DNA of 64,000 nucleotides from Candidatus Latescibacterota bacterium (GCA_022825835.1 JAJDVZ010000156.1:17825-81824); one strand, 5' to 3'. Positions 54,024 through 62,556 are shown, numbered from the stretch's first letter. The notes: a model not told the origin generated them from the sequence alone. Numbers and translations: made by a program.

Positions 54024-54845
54024 ATGCTGCCTTTTGCTATATGTGCGATTTTGCTCGCTGCCTCCGCCGTACGCGCGGATATGAACATCAACGCTCCCTT
54101 GTTGGAGACGGCCCCGACCATTGACGGCGACCTTGCCGAGTGGAAGGACCTCGCCCACAACGACGGCATCTGGGACATGCGCCGCATCAGCGAGGCTGGC
54201 TTCTATCGCCTCGATCGCGGTGCGCGCAACCGCCTCACCGACCACGGCGACGAGCCGCATCTCGAAGACGACTTGCGCGCCCGCTACTACATTGCTTGGG
54301 ACGCGCAAAATTTCTACTTCGGGGCCGAGGTCTGGGACAATGTCAATGATCTCGACGACCCCGATCCGGCGGACAAGCGCTGGTATTTCAAGGATGCGAT
54401 TTGTTGGTTTATGGAAGGCCCGCGCGACCGGGCCAACGAGCGCTTCGGCCAAGGCGACAATGCCTTCTGCTTTGTCGCCGATCCGCAGCGCACGCCGCAA
54501 AACGCTTGGTGGCGGCACGGCGCGCCCGGCCAGAGCTACATTGAAGAGCCGATCCCCGAGGCAGCTTGCGACTACGTGGTGCGCATGGATCCTTGGGGCC
54601 GGAGCGCGGCTGATTTTATTTTGGAGGCCCGCGTGGATATGCACGCGACGTTTGCCCACAGCGACCCTCGCTGGCAGCCGCCGCAAGTGGGCGACGAATA
54701 CAGCATGGAAATCGTCCACACCGACCCGGATGGCGGCGCATACGGCGGGCACTTCATGATCTACGGCAATGGCGATGACGACAACACGTGGGGCCGGATG
54801 ATTTTAGTCGGGCCGCGGATGCCGATTGGGCGGCTCGCCGAGTAG
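54024..54845 (+). CDS. Secreted CBM9/DOMON-like putative carbohydrate-binding protein
   Basis: SD GAGGAG, then the ATG at 54024. Signal peptide MLPFAICAILLAASAVRA. APTIDGDLAEWKD...RYYIAWDAQNFYFGAEVWDN is a typical CBM9-like start. Confidence 0.65.
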   Translation: MLPFAICAILLAASAVRADMNINAPLLETAPTIDGDLAEWKDLAHNDGIWDMRRISEAGFYRLDRGARNRLTDHGDEPHLEDDLRARYYIAWDAQNFYFGAEVWDNVNDLDDPDPADKRWYFKDAICWFMEGPRDRANERFGQGDNAFCFVADPQRTPQNAWWRHGAPGQSYIEEPIPEAACDYVVRMDPWGRSAADFILEARVDMHATFAHSDPRWQPPQVGDEYSMEIVHTDPDGGAYGGHFMIYGNGDDDNTWGRMILVGPRMPIGRLAE

Positions 54846-54855
54846 GAGAAAGAAA

Positions 54856-55392
54856 ATGCACCGTAGCGCAGTACTTCTGTCCTTGGTAACTGCGACCCTC
54901 ATCGCCCTCGTCGGCTGCAGGTCCAATCCGGTCTCCACGGGCGGTCAAGCGCCTGAATTCACCTTACCTGCGGCAGATGGGACTTCTGTTTCCCTGTCCG
55001 ACTTACTCGACAACCGCACGGCGGCGGTACTGCTGTTCTACAGAGGATTCTTCTGAGGTTCCTGTCGGAGCCAACTAGGTGAGTTGGCAGATGTGTATCC
55101 CGAGTTTCTAGAGCGCAACGTGTCACTTGCGGCGATCAGTACTGATGACATGGCCGACGCGCTGAAAATGGTGGAGCTCACCGGCGCTGAATTCGCCATT
55201 CTGTCAGATAAGGACGCCGAGGTCGCCAAGGACTACGGAGTTTACAACCTGCTGAATGACGGTGTCGCGACGCCGTCCGCCGTCATCGTCTCCCCCGAGG
55301 GAGACATCGAATGGAAATACGTAGGGAGAAGTATATCCGACCGGGCGACGCCTGATGCAATTTTGGCTCAAGTTGACCGGCTGATACAGTGA
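54856..55392 (+). CDS. AhpC/TSA (peroxiredoxin-like/redoxin) lipoprotein with in-frame TGA at the first CxxC position (candidate selenoprotein, U-G-S-C)
   Basis: Track ORFs 54826-55056 and 55084-55392 are in the same frame, separated only by the TGA at 55054-55056. The joined product reads APEFTLP...AAVLLFYRGFF[TGA]GSCRSQLGELADVYPEF...AISTD...ILSD, a continuous redoxin fold. Lipobox LVGC. SD AGGAGAA. Confidence 0.6.
55070..55088 (+). promoter_or_regulatory. Candidate bacterial SECIS-like hairpin
   Basis: GCCAACU-AGGUG-AGUUGGC gives a 7-bp stem. The loop contains GGU. The stem starts 13 nt after the TGA. Confidence 0.4.
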
Positions 55393-55484
55393 GTCGCCTT
55401 CATTCAGGCTCTGTCGATCTGAATGCTCGACAGACCACCCCCGCAAAACGATATTAAACGCGGTACTCACTCGGAAGGAGTCAA

Positions 55485-55715
55485 ATGAACCTACAACACA
55501 CAATCAAAGCGTTCATCAGGTCGGGCGAGACCCACTACATTGCCGAGTGCGTCGAGTTGGCCGTTGTAACGCAAGGCGTCACTTTGGACGAAACCTTGGA
55601 CAACCTCCGCGAAGCGGTCGCACTACATATAGAGGGCGAAGACCTCTCGACTTTCGGTCTAATGCCAGACCCGACGATCTTGGTCACCATGGAATTGGAA
55701 CCAGCGGTTGCCTAG
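55485..55715 (+). CDS. hicB: HicB-family antitoxin (UPF0150 fold)
   Basis: 76 aa. IRSGETHYIAECVELAVVTQGVTLDETLDNLREAVALHIEG is typical of short HicB proteins. SD GGAAGGAG. Confidence 0.85.
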   Translation: MNLQHTIKAFIRSGETHYIAECVELAVVTQGVTLDETLDNLREAVALHIEGEDLSTFGLMPDPTILVTMELEPAVA

Positions 55716-55953
55716 GCTAAGACGACTCTCTGGGGACCAAGTCGTTCGTATCCTAGCGAAATTCGGGTTCCGCGTTCACTCCCAGCGCGGGAGTCACATC
55801 AAACTACGGCGAACTTTAGAGGCTGGCACATCTCAAACGCTCACGGTACCTCGGCACCGCGAGTTGGACATCGGAACGCTGAATGCCATCATGCGTCAGG
55901 CGTCCCGGTTTATTCCTGAAGACGAACTGTGGCGAGAGTTTTACACAGATTGA
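55708..55953 (+). CDS. hicA: HicA-family mRNA interferase toxin
   Basis: The TTG start overlaps the hicB stop. LSGDQVVRILAKFGFRVHSQRGSHIKLRR...LTVPRHRELDIGTLNAIMRQA matches the YcfA/HicA motif with the catalytic His in GSH. Confidence 0.85.
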   Translation: MPRLRRLSGDQVVRILAKFGFRVHSQRGSHIKLRRTLEAGTSQTLTVPRHRELDIGTLNAIMRQASRFIPEDELWREFYTD

Positions 55954-55992
55954 TTAAACGCGGCAAATCTTCTTTTCGACAAGGAGCAACAC

Positions 55993-57600
55993 ATGAGTAG
56001 GGTAGATCAGATCGGCTGGCAGGCCGAGAGCAAAACCGGTGTCATTGCGGCCGGCGGCGCTGGCGCTGTAGCCGCTGGTATTGAAATTCTCGGCGCGGGT
56101 GGCAATGCGGCCGATGCCGCAGCCGGTGCGATTATAGCGCTCAACGTCACTGATCACGGGGCCTGTTCCATCGGCGGGGAAGTGCCGGTGCTCGTCTGGG
56201 ACGGGAAGGCGGTTAAGTCGCTGTCCGGTCAGGGGCGCGCGCCGTTGTCGCCGGAAGCTATTGCTTGGTACATGGAACACGGCATCCCAGACCGCGACAT
56301 CAAGATGGCTCCGGTGCCCTCGGTGGTGGATTTGTGCATTACCCTTTTGCAGCACTACGGCACGCAGAGCTTTGCCGTGATTGTCGCGCCGACCTTGGCC
56401 CTGCTCGACGAAGGCGAGGAGGCGTGGCATACCGACTTGGCGCGGACGCTGCGGCGCATGGTGGAGGAGGAGCACCGCGCTACTGGCAATCGCCAAGAGA
56501 AGTTGCAAGCGGCTTGCGATCACTTCTATGGCCGCCGCGCCGAACACGGCGATATAGCTGAGGACTTAGAGGAATTTTACATAGAGCACGGCGGGTTCTT
56601 GCGCCGCTCGGACTTGGCCGCTCATAGGACTTTGATCGAAGAGCCGGTGGCAGTCGATTACCAGGGCTACCAAGTGTACAAGTGCGGCCCCTGGACCCAA
56701 GGCCCCTATCTGTGCCAAGCCCTGCGCCTGCTCGAAGGGTTTGATCTCAAAAGTATGGGGCATTGCTCGGCCGACTACGTCCACGCGGTCGTCGAAGCGA
56801 TGAAGCTGGCCATGGCCGACCGCGACGCGCACTACGGCGATCCCCTGTTCGTGGACGTGCCTATGGACGCCCTGCTGTCCGACGAATATACCCAGCTACG
56901 GCAGCCCCTGATCGACATGGAGCAAGCCGCGCTGGACGCTCGTCCTGGAGACCCGCTCGGCATGAGGGCACTACAAGAAGGAGGCGCGTTCCAGCCCGGA
57001 GTCGGCGGCACCACCACGTGCGTAGTGGCCGATCGCTGGGGCATGGTCGTATCGGCCACGCCGAGCGCGAATGTCTATCACGCTGGCGGCACCGGCAGCA
57101 CGGGCGTCTCGTATGGCAACCGCCTGCGCAGTCTCAATACGACTCCTGGGCATCCCAACTGCATCGCGCCGGGCAAGCGTCCGCGCATCACCCTGACCCC
57201 CACGCTGGTGCTCAAAGACGGCGCGCCCGTGTTGGCCATCAGCGTGGCTGGCGGCGACTTGCAAGATCAGGCGGCCTTGAACCTCTTGCTCGACTTTGTG
57301 GAGTTTGGAATGCAGCCGGCCGACGCAGTTGTTGCACCGCGCTTTGCCACGGACCACCACGAGGACTCGTTTGACCCCAATCCGGTGCGCGAGCAGACGT
57401 TTATCGAGGCCGGCTCGCTGGCCATCAGCTCGGCTGTCGATGCAGAGGTCCGCGACGAACTGGCGCGGCGCGGCCACCAAGTCGAGGCCCGCAACGGTCC
57501 CATCGCCACCCCAGTCATGCTGTGGGCCGACGCGGGCACGTACTATGCGGCCGGCGATCCGGCTGCGGGTCGCCACGCCGCTGGGCTAGCTGGAGACTAG
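55993..57600 (+). CDS. Gamma-glutamyltransferase family protein (second copy, no signal peptide)
   Basis: GIEILGAGGNAADAAAGAIIALNVTD and nucleophile context GGTTTCVVADRWGMVVSATPS. SD AAGGAG. Confidence 0.85.
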   Translation: MSRVDQIGWQAESKTGVIAAGGAGAVAAGIEILGAGGNAADAAAGAIIALNVTDHGACSIGGEVPVLVWDGKAVKSLSGQGRAPLSPEAIAWYMEHGIPDRDIKMAPVPSVVDLCITLLQHYGTQSFAVIVAPTLALLDEGEEAWHTDLARTLRRMVEEEHRATGNRQEKLQAACDHFYGRRAEHGDIAEDLEEFYIEHGGFLRRSDLAAHRTLIEEPVAVDYQGYQVYKCGPWTQGPYLCQALRLLEGFDLKSMGHCSADYVHAVVEAMKLAMADRDAHYGDPLFVDVPMDALLSDEYTQLRQPLIDMEQAALDARPGDPLGMRALQEGGAFQPGVGGTTTCVVADRWGMVVSATPSANVYHAGGTGSTGVSYGNRLRSLNTTPGHPNCIAPGKRPRITLTPTLVLKDGAPVLAISVAGGDLQDQAALNLLLDFVEFGMQPADAVVAPRFATDHHEDSFDPNPVREQTFIEAGSLAISSAVDAEVRDELARRGHQVEARNGPIATPVMLWADAGTYYAAGDPAAGRHAAGLAGD

Positions 57601-57684
57601 CGCAGCGGAATTGCGAGTGCGGGGCATTGGAACCATATTGTCCGCGTTTAATCCCGATAAAATCGCCTCTGAAGCTGGCTTTTA

Positions 57685-59682
57685 ATGACGTCGCCGACTG
57701 CGACCCCTACATATCGAGAAGAGCATACTCGCCAAGGCCCGGCTAGCGGCCTCACGCTCCGCTCCTTGGTGCTCGGCGTCATCCAAGTCCTCGTGGTGTG
57801 CTTGGGCGCGCCCTACGCTATCTGGGTCTTGGGGTCGTCCGAAATCACGTGGTCGTTCTTTCCGATTGCCGTCGGCTTCTCGTTCTGTTGCCTCATCCTG
57901 CTCAACATCCTGCTCAAGACGATCAACCCCGGCTGGGCCTTGCGACCGGCCGAGATGATCACGGTAGTAGTAATGGGCTTGGTGACGACCGGCATCCCCA
58001 TCTTTATGATGGGCTACGTGCTGTCGATCCCCACCACGCCCTATTACTTTGCCTCGGCTGAAAATCAGTGGGGTACCTACGTGTTGCCCTACCTGCCGAC
58101 GTGGCTGTTGCCGAGCAACGACGGCTTGGCCATGACTTGGTTCTTTGAGGGGCTGCCCCTTGGTGAGCCGATGCCTTGGGGCACGCTGCTCGATGCGTGG
58201 GCCATGCCGCTGTTTTGGTGGCTGAGCTTTATCTGGACCTTGTACGCGGTTTGTTTTTGCCTCGTCGTCATCTTGCGCAAGCAGTGGGTCGAGCGCGAGC
58301 GGTTGGCCTATCCGCTGATGGAGGTGCCGCAAGCTCTGGTGGCGGATGCCGATGGTCCGGCGCGCGTGCCGGCCATTTTGCGCAACAAGGTCTTTTGGAT
58401 GGGAGCGGCGATCCCTCTGTGCATCGTATTGTGGAACATCGTCGGCTTTTTCTTTCACTTCTTTCCCAAGATCGAATGGAACCATCCCATCCAAATCGCG
58501 CACGGCTTTCCGACCATTAACATCCGCTTCTACTTTCCGGTCGTTGGCTTCATGTATTTTGCCAACCTCAACGTCACCTTCAGCATCTGGTTTTTCTTTT
58601 TGTTACTGTTGGTCGAAGAGGGTTTGTTTAACCGCTTTGGCGTTGGCGTGACTGAGGCGGACAACTTCGTGTGGGGCTTGCCTTCGACGTCGTGGCAGTG
58701 TTGGGGAGCTTTTGTGGTGCTGGTGCTGTGGGGCTTGTGGATGGCGCGGGATCATCTAAAGGATGTGTTCCGCAAGGCGTGGAATCCCGCGCATCCGGTT
58801 GACGACAGCCGCGAGCTGATGTCCTATCGCAGCGCAGTCGTCGGTCTGCTGGTCGGGATCGTCTATATGCTGGCGTGGCTCAACAAGGCCGGCATGGAAA
58901 TGTCGGTGGCGGCGTTTTTCTTGGGCGGCGTGCTGATTGCCTACTTGGGCATTACCCGCTTGGTGGTGCAGGCTGGCGTCTTTTACCTGACGACGCCCGT
59001 GGTCAGCCAAGCCATGACCATGATGACTTTTGGTACGAGTGCGATTTCGCCGACGGGCTTGGCGGCCTTGGGGATGAGCTATGGGTTCTTCAGCGATGTG
59101 CAGTCGATTTTTATGCCGTCGGCTGCCCATGCCACCCGGCTGCACGACGCCATGCGCATGAGCCGCCGCGGCCTGTGCTTGGCTATTGCGCTGGCCCTGT
59201 TGATCGGCTTTATCGCCGCCATTGTGTACGTTATTGTCATGGCCTACGAGCAGGGGGCTTCCAACTTCAATTCTTGGTTTTTCCGCGTCTCCTCGGGCGC
59301 GGGAGTGCGCTCCTTTGAAGACGCAATGAGCAAAATAAAAACCCCGGCCGATTTCCACGCGCAAAAGTTAGGCTTCTTTGGTATCGGTGCGGCAGCTATG
59401 ACGGTTTTGACGTTTATGCAGTATCGCTTTCCGTGGTGGCCTCTGCACCCGGTAGGTTTGGCGATCTCCGCGATCTGGATGGTGCGCAACCAAGCCCCGG
59501 CGATTTTCGTGTCTTGGGCGGCCAAGAGCCTGATCATGCGCTTTGGCGGCATCGAGCTATACCGCAAGGCCGCACCCTTCTTCATCGGCCTGATTCTCGG
59601 GCACTTTTTTGGGGTGGGGATCTCGTTTATCGTCGATATGATTTTCTTCCCCGGCAACGGCCACCCCATCCTCCACGGCTGA
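57685..59682 (+). CDS. Polytopic membrane protein of unknown function (665 aa, about 14-16 TM helices), paralog 1
   Basis: Long hydrophobic helices throughout. Conserved blocks include PTTPYYFASAENQWGTYVLPYLP, ERERLAYPLMEVPQAL, YFANLNVTFSIWFFF and FFPGNGHPILHG. I recognise no named transporter signature. Confidence 0.8.
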   Translation: MTSPTATPTYREEHTRQGPASGLTLRSLVLGVIQVLVVCLGAPYAIWVLGSSEITWSFFPIAVGFSFCCLILLNILLKTINPGWALRPAEMITVVVMGLVTTGIPIFMMGYVLSIPTTPYYFASAENQWGTYVLPYLPTWLLPSNDGLAMTWFFEGLPLGEPMPWGTLLDAWAMPLFWWLSFIWTLYAVCFCLVVILRKQWVERERLAYPLMEVPQALVADADGPARVPAILRNKVFWMGAAIPLCIVLWNIVGFFFHFFPKIEWNHPIQIAHGFPTINIRFYFPVVGFMYFANLNVTFSIWFFFLLLLVEEGLFNRFGVGVTEADNFVWGLPSTSWQCWGAFVVLVLWGLWMARDHLKDVFRKAWNPAHPVDDSRELMSYRSAVVGLLVGIVYMLAWLNKAGMEMSVAAFFLGGVLIAYLGITRLVVQAGVFYLTTPVVSQAMTMMTFGTSAISPTGLAALGMSYGFFSDVQSIFMPSAAHATRLHDAMRMSRRGLCLAIALALLIGFIAAIVYVIVMAYEQGASNFNSWFFRVSSGAGVRSFEDAMSKIKTPADFHAQKLGFFGIGAAAMTVLTFMQYRFPWWPLHPVGLAISAIWMVRNQAPAIFVSWAAKSLIMRFGGIELYRKAAPFFIGLILGHFFGVGISFIVDMIFFPGNGHPILHG

Positions 59683-59689
59683 GCCCGCG

Positions 59690-61657
59690 TTGTCAATCCA
59701 TCCCGCACAGCAAGAGGGCACAGGCGTCACCGTGCGCTCTTTGCTCGTGGGCTGCGCGGTGGTGGTGTTGATCAGCTTGGGGGCACCGCACTCGATCTGG
59801 ACGTTTGGCTCGTCTGAGATGACGTGGTCGTTCTTTCCGATTGGGGTGGGGTTTCTCTTTGTCTGCCTCATCTTCGCCAACGCCCTGCTGAAGACCTTCA
59901 ATTTTAGCTGGGCACTGCGCCCTGCCGAGCTGATCACCGTCGTCGTCATGGGCTTGGTCTGTACAGGCATTCCGGTTTTTCTAATCGGCTACTTCCTAGC
60001 CATACCGACGACGCCGTATTACTTTGCGTCGGCGGAGAATCAATGGGGCACGTACGTGTTGCCCTACCTACCGACGTGGCTGTTGCCGAGCAACGACGGC
60101 TTGGCCATGACTTGGTTTTTTGAGGGCCTGCCCATCGGCGAACCGACCCCTTGGGGCACCTTGCTAGCCGCTTGGGCCATGCCGCTGTTTTGGTGGCTGA
60201 GCTTTCTATGGACTTTGTACTTGGTCTGCTTCTGCGTGGTGGTCATCCTCCGCAAGCAGTGGATTGAGCGCGAGCGGTTGGCCTATCCGCTGATGGAGGT
60301 GCCGCAAGCCCTCGTCGCCAATGCCGATAGCTCCCGCCGACTGCCAGCGGTCATGTACAGCAAAGTCTTCTGGGCGGGGGCGGCCATTCCGCTTGGCATT
60401 GTCTTGTGGAACATCGTCGGCTTTTTCTTTCACTTCTTTCCCAAGATCGAATGGCAGCATCCCATCCAAATTGCGCACGGCTTTCCGACCATTAACATTC
60501 GCTTCTATTTTCCGGTCATCGGTTTCATGTATTTCGCCAATCTCAATGTCACTTTTAGCATCTGGTTCTTCTTTTTGCTAACGCTGATTGAGGAGGGTTT
60601 GTTCAACCGCTTTGGCCTCGGCGTCACTGAGGCGGATAAATTCGTTTGGGGGCTACCATCGACCTCGTGGCAGTGTTGGGGGGCGTTCGTGGTGTTGGTG
60701 CTGTGGGGATTGTGGATGGCGCGCGACCACCTCAAGGATGTGGTCCGCAAGGCGTGGAATCCGGACTACCCGATTGACGATCGGCGCGAGTTGATGTCCT
60801 ACCGCGCCGCGGTGCTGGGCCTCGTGCTGGGTGTTTGCTACATGCTAACTTGGCTGCACGAGTCTGGCATGGAATGGTCGGTGGCGATGCTCTTTTTGGC
60901 TGGCGTACTCATCGCCTATTTGGGCATTACGCGCTTGGTGGTCCAGACGGGCGTGTTTTATCTGACCACGCCTGTCGTCAGTCAGGCGATGACCATGATG
61001 ACGCTGGGCACTAGCGCCATTTCGCCGACGGGGTTGGCGGCCTTGGGGTTGACCTATTCTTTTTTTGGCGATGTGCAATCCATCTTCATGCCCTCGGCAG
61101 CGCACGCGGCCAAGTTGCAGCACAGTCTGCGCATTGCCCGCCGCGGCTTTGTTTTGGCCATTGCCTTGGCCGTGGTGCTGTCCTTTGCGGTTTCGCTGAC
61201 CAATCTCATAGCTATGGCCTACGAGCAGGGGGCTTCTAACTTCAATTCTTGGATCTTCCGCGTCTCCTCGGGAGCAGGCGTGATGGCCTTTGGCGACGTG
61301 ATGGCCAAGATCAAGGCTCCAGCCGATTTCCACGCGCAAAAGTTAGGCTTCTTCGGCATCGGCGCGGCGGCGATGTCGGTTTTGACGTTTATGCAGTATC
61401 GCTTCCCGTGGTGGCCTCTGCACCCGGTGGGCTTGGCCATTTCCGCGATCTGGATGGTGCGCAACCAAGCACCGGCCATCTTCGTGGCGTGGGCGGCCAA
61501 GAGTTTGATCATGCGCTTTGGCGGCATTGAGCTATACCGCAAGGCTGCGCCGTTCTTCATCGGCCTGATTGCGGGCTACTTTCTCGGCGTTGGTCTCTCT
61601 TTCCTCGTGGATGTGGCGTTCTTCCCCGGCAATGGGCATCCGATCCTGCACGGCTGA
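59690..61657 (+). CDS. Polytopic membrane protein of unknown function (655 aa), tandem paralog 2
   Basis: TTG start 7 nt after the upstream stop. Collinear with paralog 1 and, by eye, roughly four-fifths identical to it. Confidence 0.8.
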   Translation: MSIHPAQQEGTGVTVRSLLVGCAVVVLISLGAPHSIWTFGSSEMTWSFFPIGVGFLFVCLIFANALLKTFNFSWALRPAELITVVVMGLVCTGIPVFLIGYFLAIPTTPYYFASAENQWGTYVLPYLPTWLLPSNDGLAMTWFFEGLPIGEPTPWGTLLAAWAMPLFWWLSFLWTLYLVCFCVVVILRKQWIERERLAYPLMEVPQALVANADSSRRLPAVMYSKVFWAGAAIPLGIVLWNIVGFFFHFFPKIEWQHPIQIAHGFPTINIRFYFPVIGFMYFANLNVTFSIWFFFLLTLIEEGLFNRFGLGVTEADKFVWGLPSTSWQCWGAFVVLVLWGLWMARDHLKDVVRKAWNPDYPIDDRRELMSYRAAVLGLVLGVCYMLTWLHESGMEWSVAMLFLAGVLIAYLGITRLVVQTGVFYLTTPVVSQAMTMMTLGTSAISPTGLAALGLTYSFFGDVQSIFMPSAAHAAKLQHSLRIARRGFVLAIALAVVLSFAVSLTNLIAMAYEQGASNFNSWIFRVSSGAGVMAFGDVMAKIKAPADFHAQKLGFFGIGAAAMSVLTFMQYRFPWWPLHPVGLAISAIWMVRNQAPAIFVAWAAKSLIMRFGGIELYRKAAPFFIGLIAGYFLGVGLSFLVDVAFFPGNGHPILHG

Positions 61658-61698
61658 GAATTTTGGATTTAATGGGTTGATTCTTTAGATTCTACACT

Positions 61699-62073
61699 AT
61701 GACCACAGAGACAACCAAAAAGACCAACCAAACGCTCGAACTCGTCGTAGAGACCCTCGTCCGTGCACACCCCTTCGAGCGGATCGTTCTATTCGGCTCC
61801 CATGCCACGGGTCATAGCCAATGGGACAGTGATTTGGACTTACTCGTAGTCTGGCAGACGGATTTGTCCCCGTTGGAACGAGCCCTTGAAATGCGCCGTC
61901 TGCTTGAAGGCATCAATTGCCCCTTGGATATTGTCGTGTACACCCCCGCCGAACTGGACTATTGGAAAGAAGCTCCGTCTTCATTTGCGTCCCAGATATT
62001 GGCCGAGGGGATGACTTTATATGAGCGAAACCCCGCAAAAAATTCTAGTGCGGCAGTGGATCAGCCGGGCTGA
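61699..62073 (+). CDS. Nucleotidyltransferase-domain protein (MNT-type antitoxin)
   Basis: LFGSHATGHSQWDSDLDLLVV matches the GSxxxG...DxD minimal NTase motif. Confidence 0.8.
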   Translation: MTTETTKKTNQTLELVVETLVRAHPFERIVLFGSHATGHSQWDSDLDLLVVWQTDLSPLERALEMRRLLEGINCPLDIVVYTPAELDYWKEAPSSFASQILAEGMTLYERNPAKNSSAAVDQPG

Positions 62074-62485
62074 AAATGACCTGCTAAACGTCAGGAATAA
62101 TCTGGCGGCCCAAGAAATTCCTTGGGATACGATCTGTTTCCACAGTCAACAGGCGGCTGAAAAATACCTCAAAGCCATTCTGGTGTTCCATGCCCAGGCG
62201 GTTCCGCGTACCCACGATCTAGAACATCTGCTGGGCATGGTTGTCCAGTGGATTCCCCAAATCCAAGAGCAACAGGAGGCGTTGCGCTGGCTGACGACGT
62301 TTGCGGTTGCCAGCCGTTACCCAGTCGAGACGGTCGAAGGTGTGGATGAGCCGCAAGGTCGGCGTTCACTGGATATTGCCCAAGCCATTCGCCGGGATTG
62401 CCGCGCCTACCTGATGGAGTTGGATCCAACGCTTTTTGACCAATCGACCGCTACTGACCCGCCGCCCCCTTCTTCATCGGACTAA
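62021..62485 (+). CDS. HEPN-domain protein (HEPN toxin of an MNT/HEPN pair)
   Basis: The RTHDLEHL motif fits Rx4-6H in a helical protein of about 150 aa. It overlaps the MNT gene by 53 nt, so the true start is uncertain. The last ~8 codons run into the duplicated membrane-gene remnant. Confidence 0.7.
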   Translation: MSETPQKILVRQWISRAENDLLNVRNNLAAQEIPWDTICFHSQQAAEKYLKAILVFHAQAVPRTHDLEHLLGMVVQWIPQIQEQQEALRWLTTFAVASRYPVETVEGVDEPQGRRSLDIAQAIRRDCRAYLMELDPTLFDQSTATDPPPPSSSD

Positions 62486-62556
62486 TCGTCGGCCTCTCCT
62501 TCCTCGTGGATGTGGCGTTCTTCCCCGGCAACGGGCATCCGATTTTGCACGGCTGA
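62461..62556 (+). pseudogene. Orphan 3'-terminal remnant of a third copy of the 57685/59690 membrane-protein gene
   Basis: Encodes AAPFFIGLIVG-LSFLVDVAFFPGNGHPILHG plus a stop. Compared with 61544-61657 it is over 90% identical at nucleotide level, with one in-frame 18-nt deletion. Confidence 0.75.

Noticed and set aside
54826-55392. Interpretation as two independent small genes (76 and 102 aa)
   Set aside because: Neither half is a complete redoxin fold. The second half would need a TTG start inside the conserved QLGEL helix with no SD. The halves are in frame, with the TGA exactly at the catalytic Cys position. A simple nonsense pseudogene remains the alternative to selenocysteine.
57682-58503. 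273-aa antisense ORF, and similar ones at 58756-59364 and 60845-61339
   Set aside because: They are antisense to the conserved tandem membrane-protein genes. Their composition is Arg/His/Gln-rich with no motifs, and they recur only because the sense genes are paralogs.
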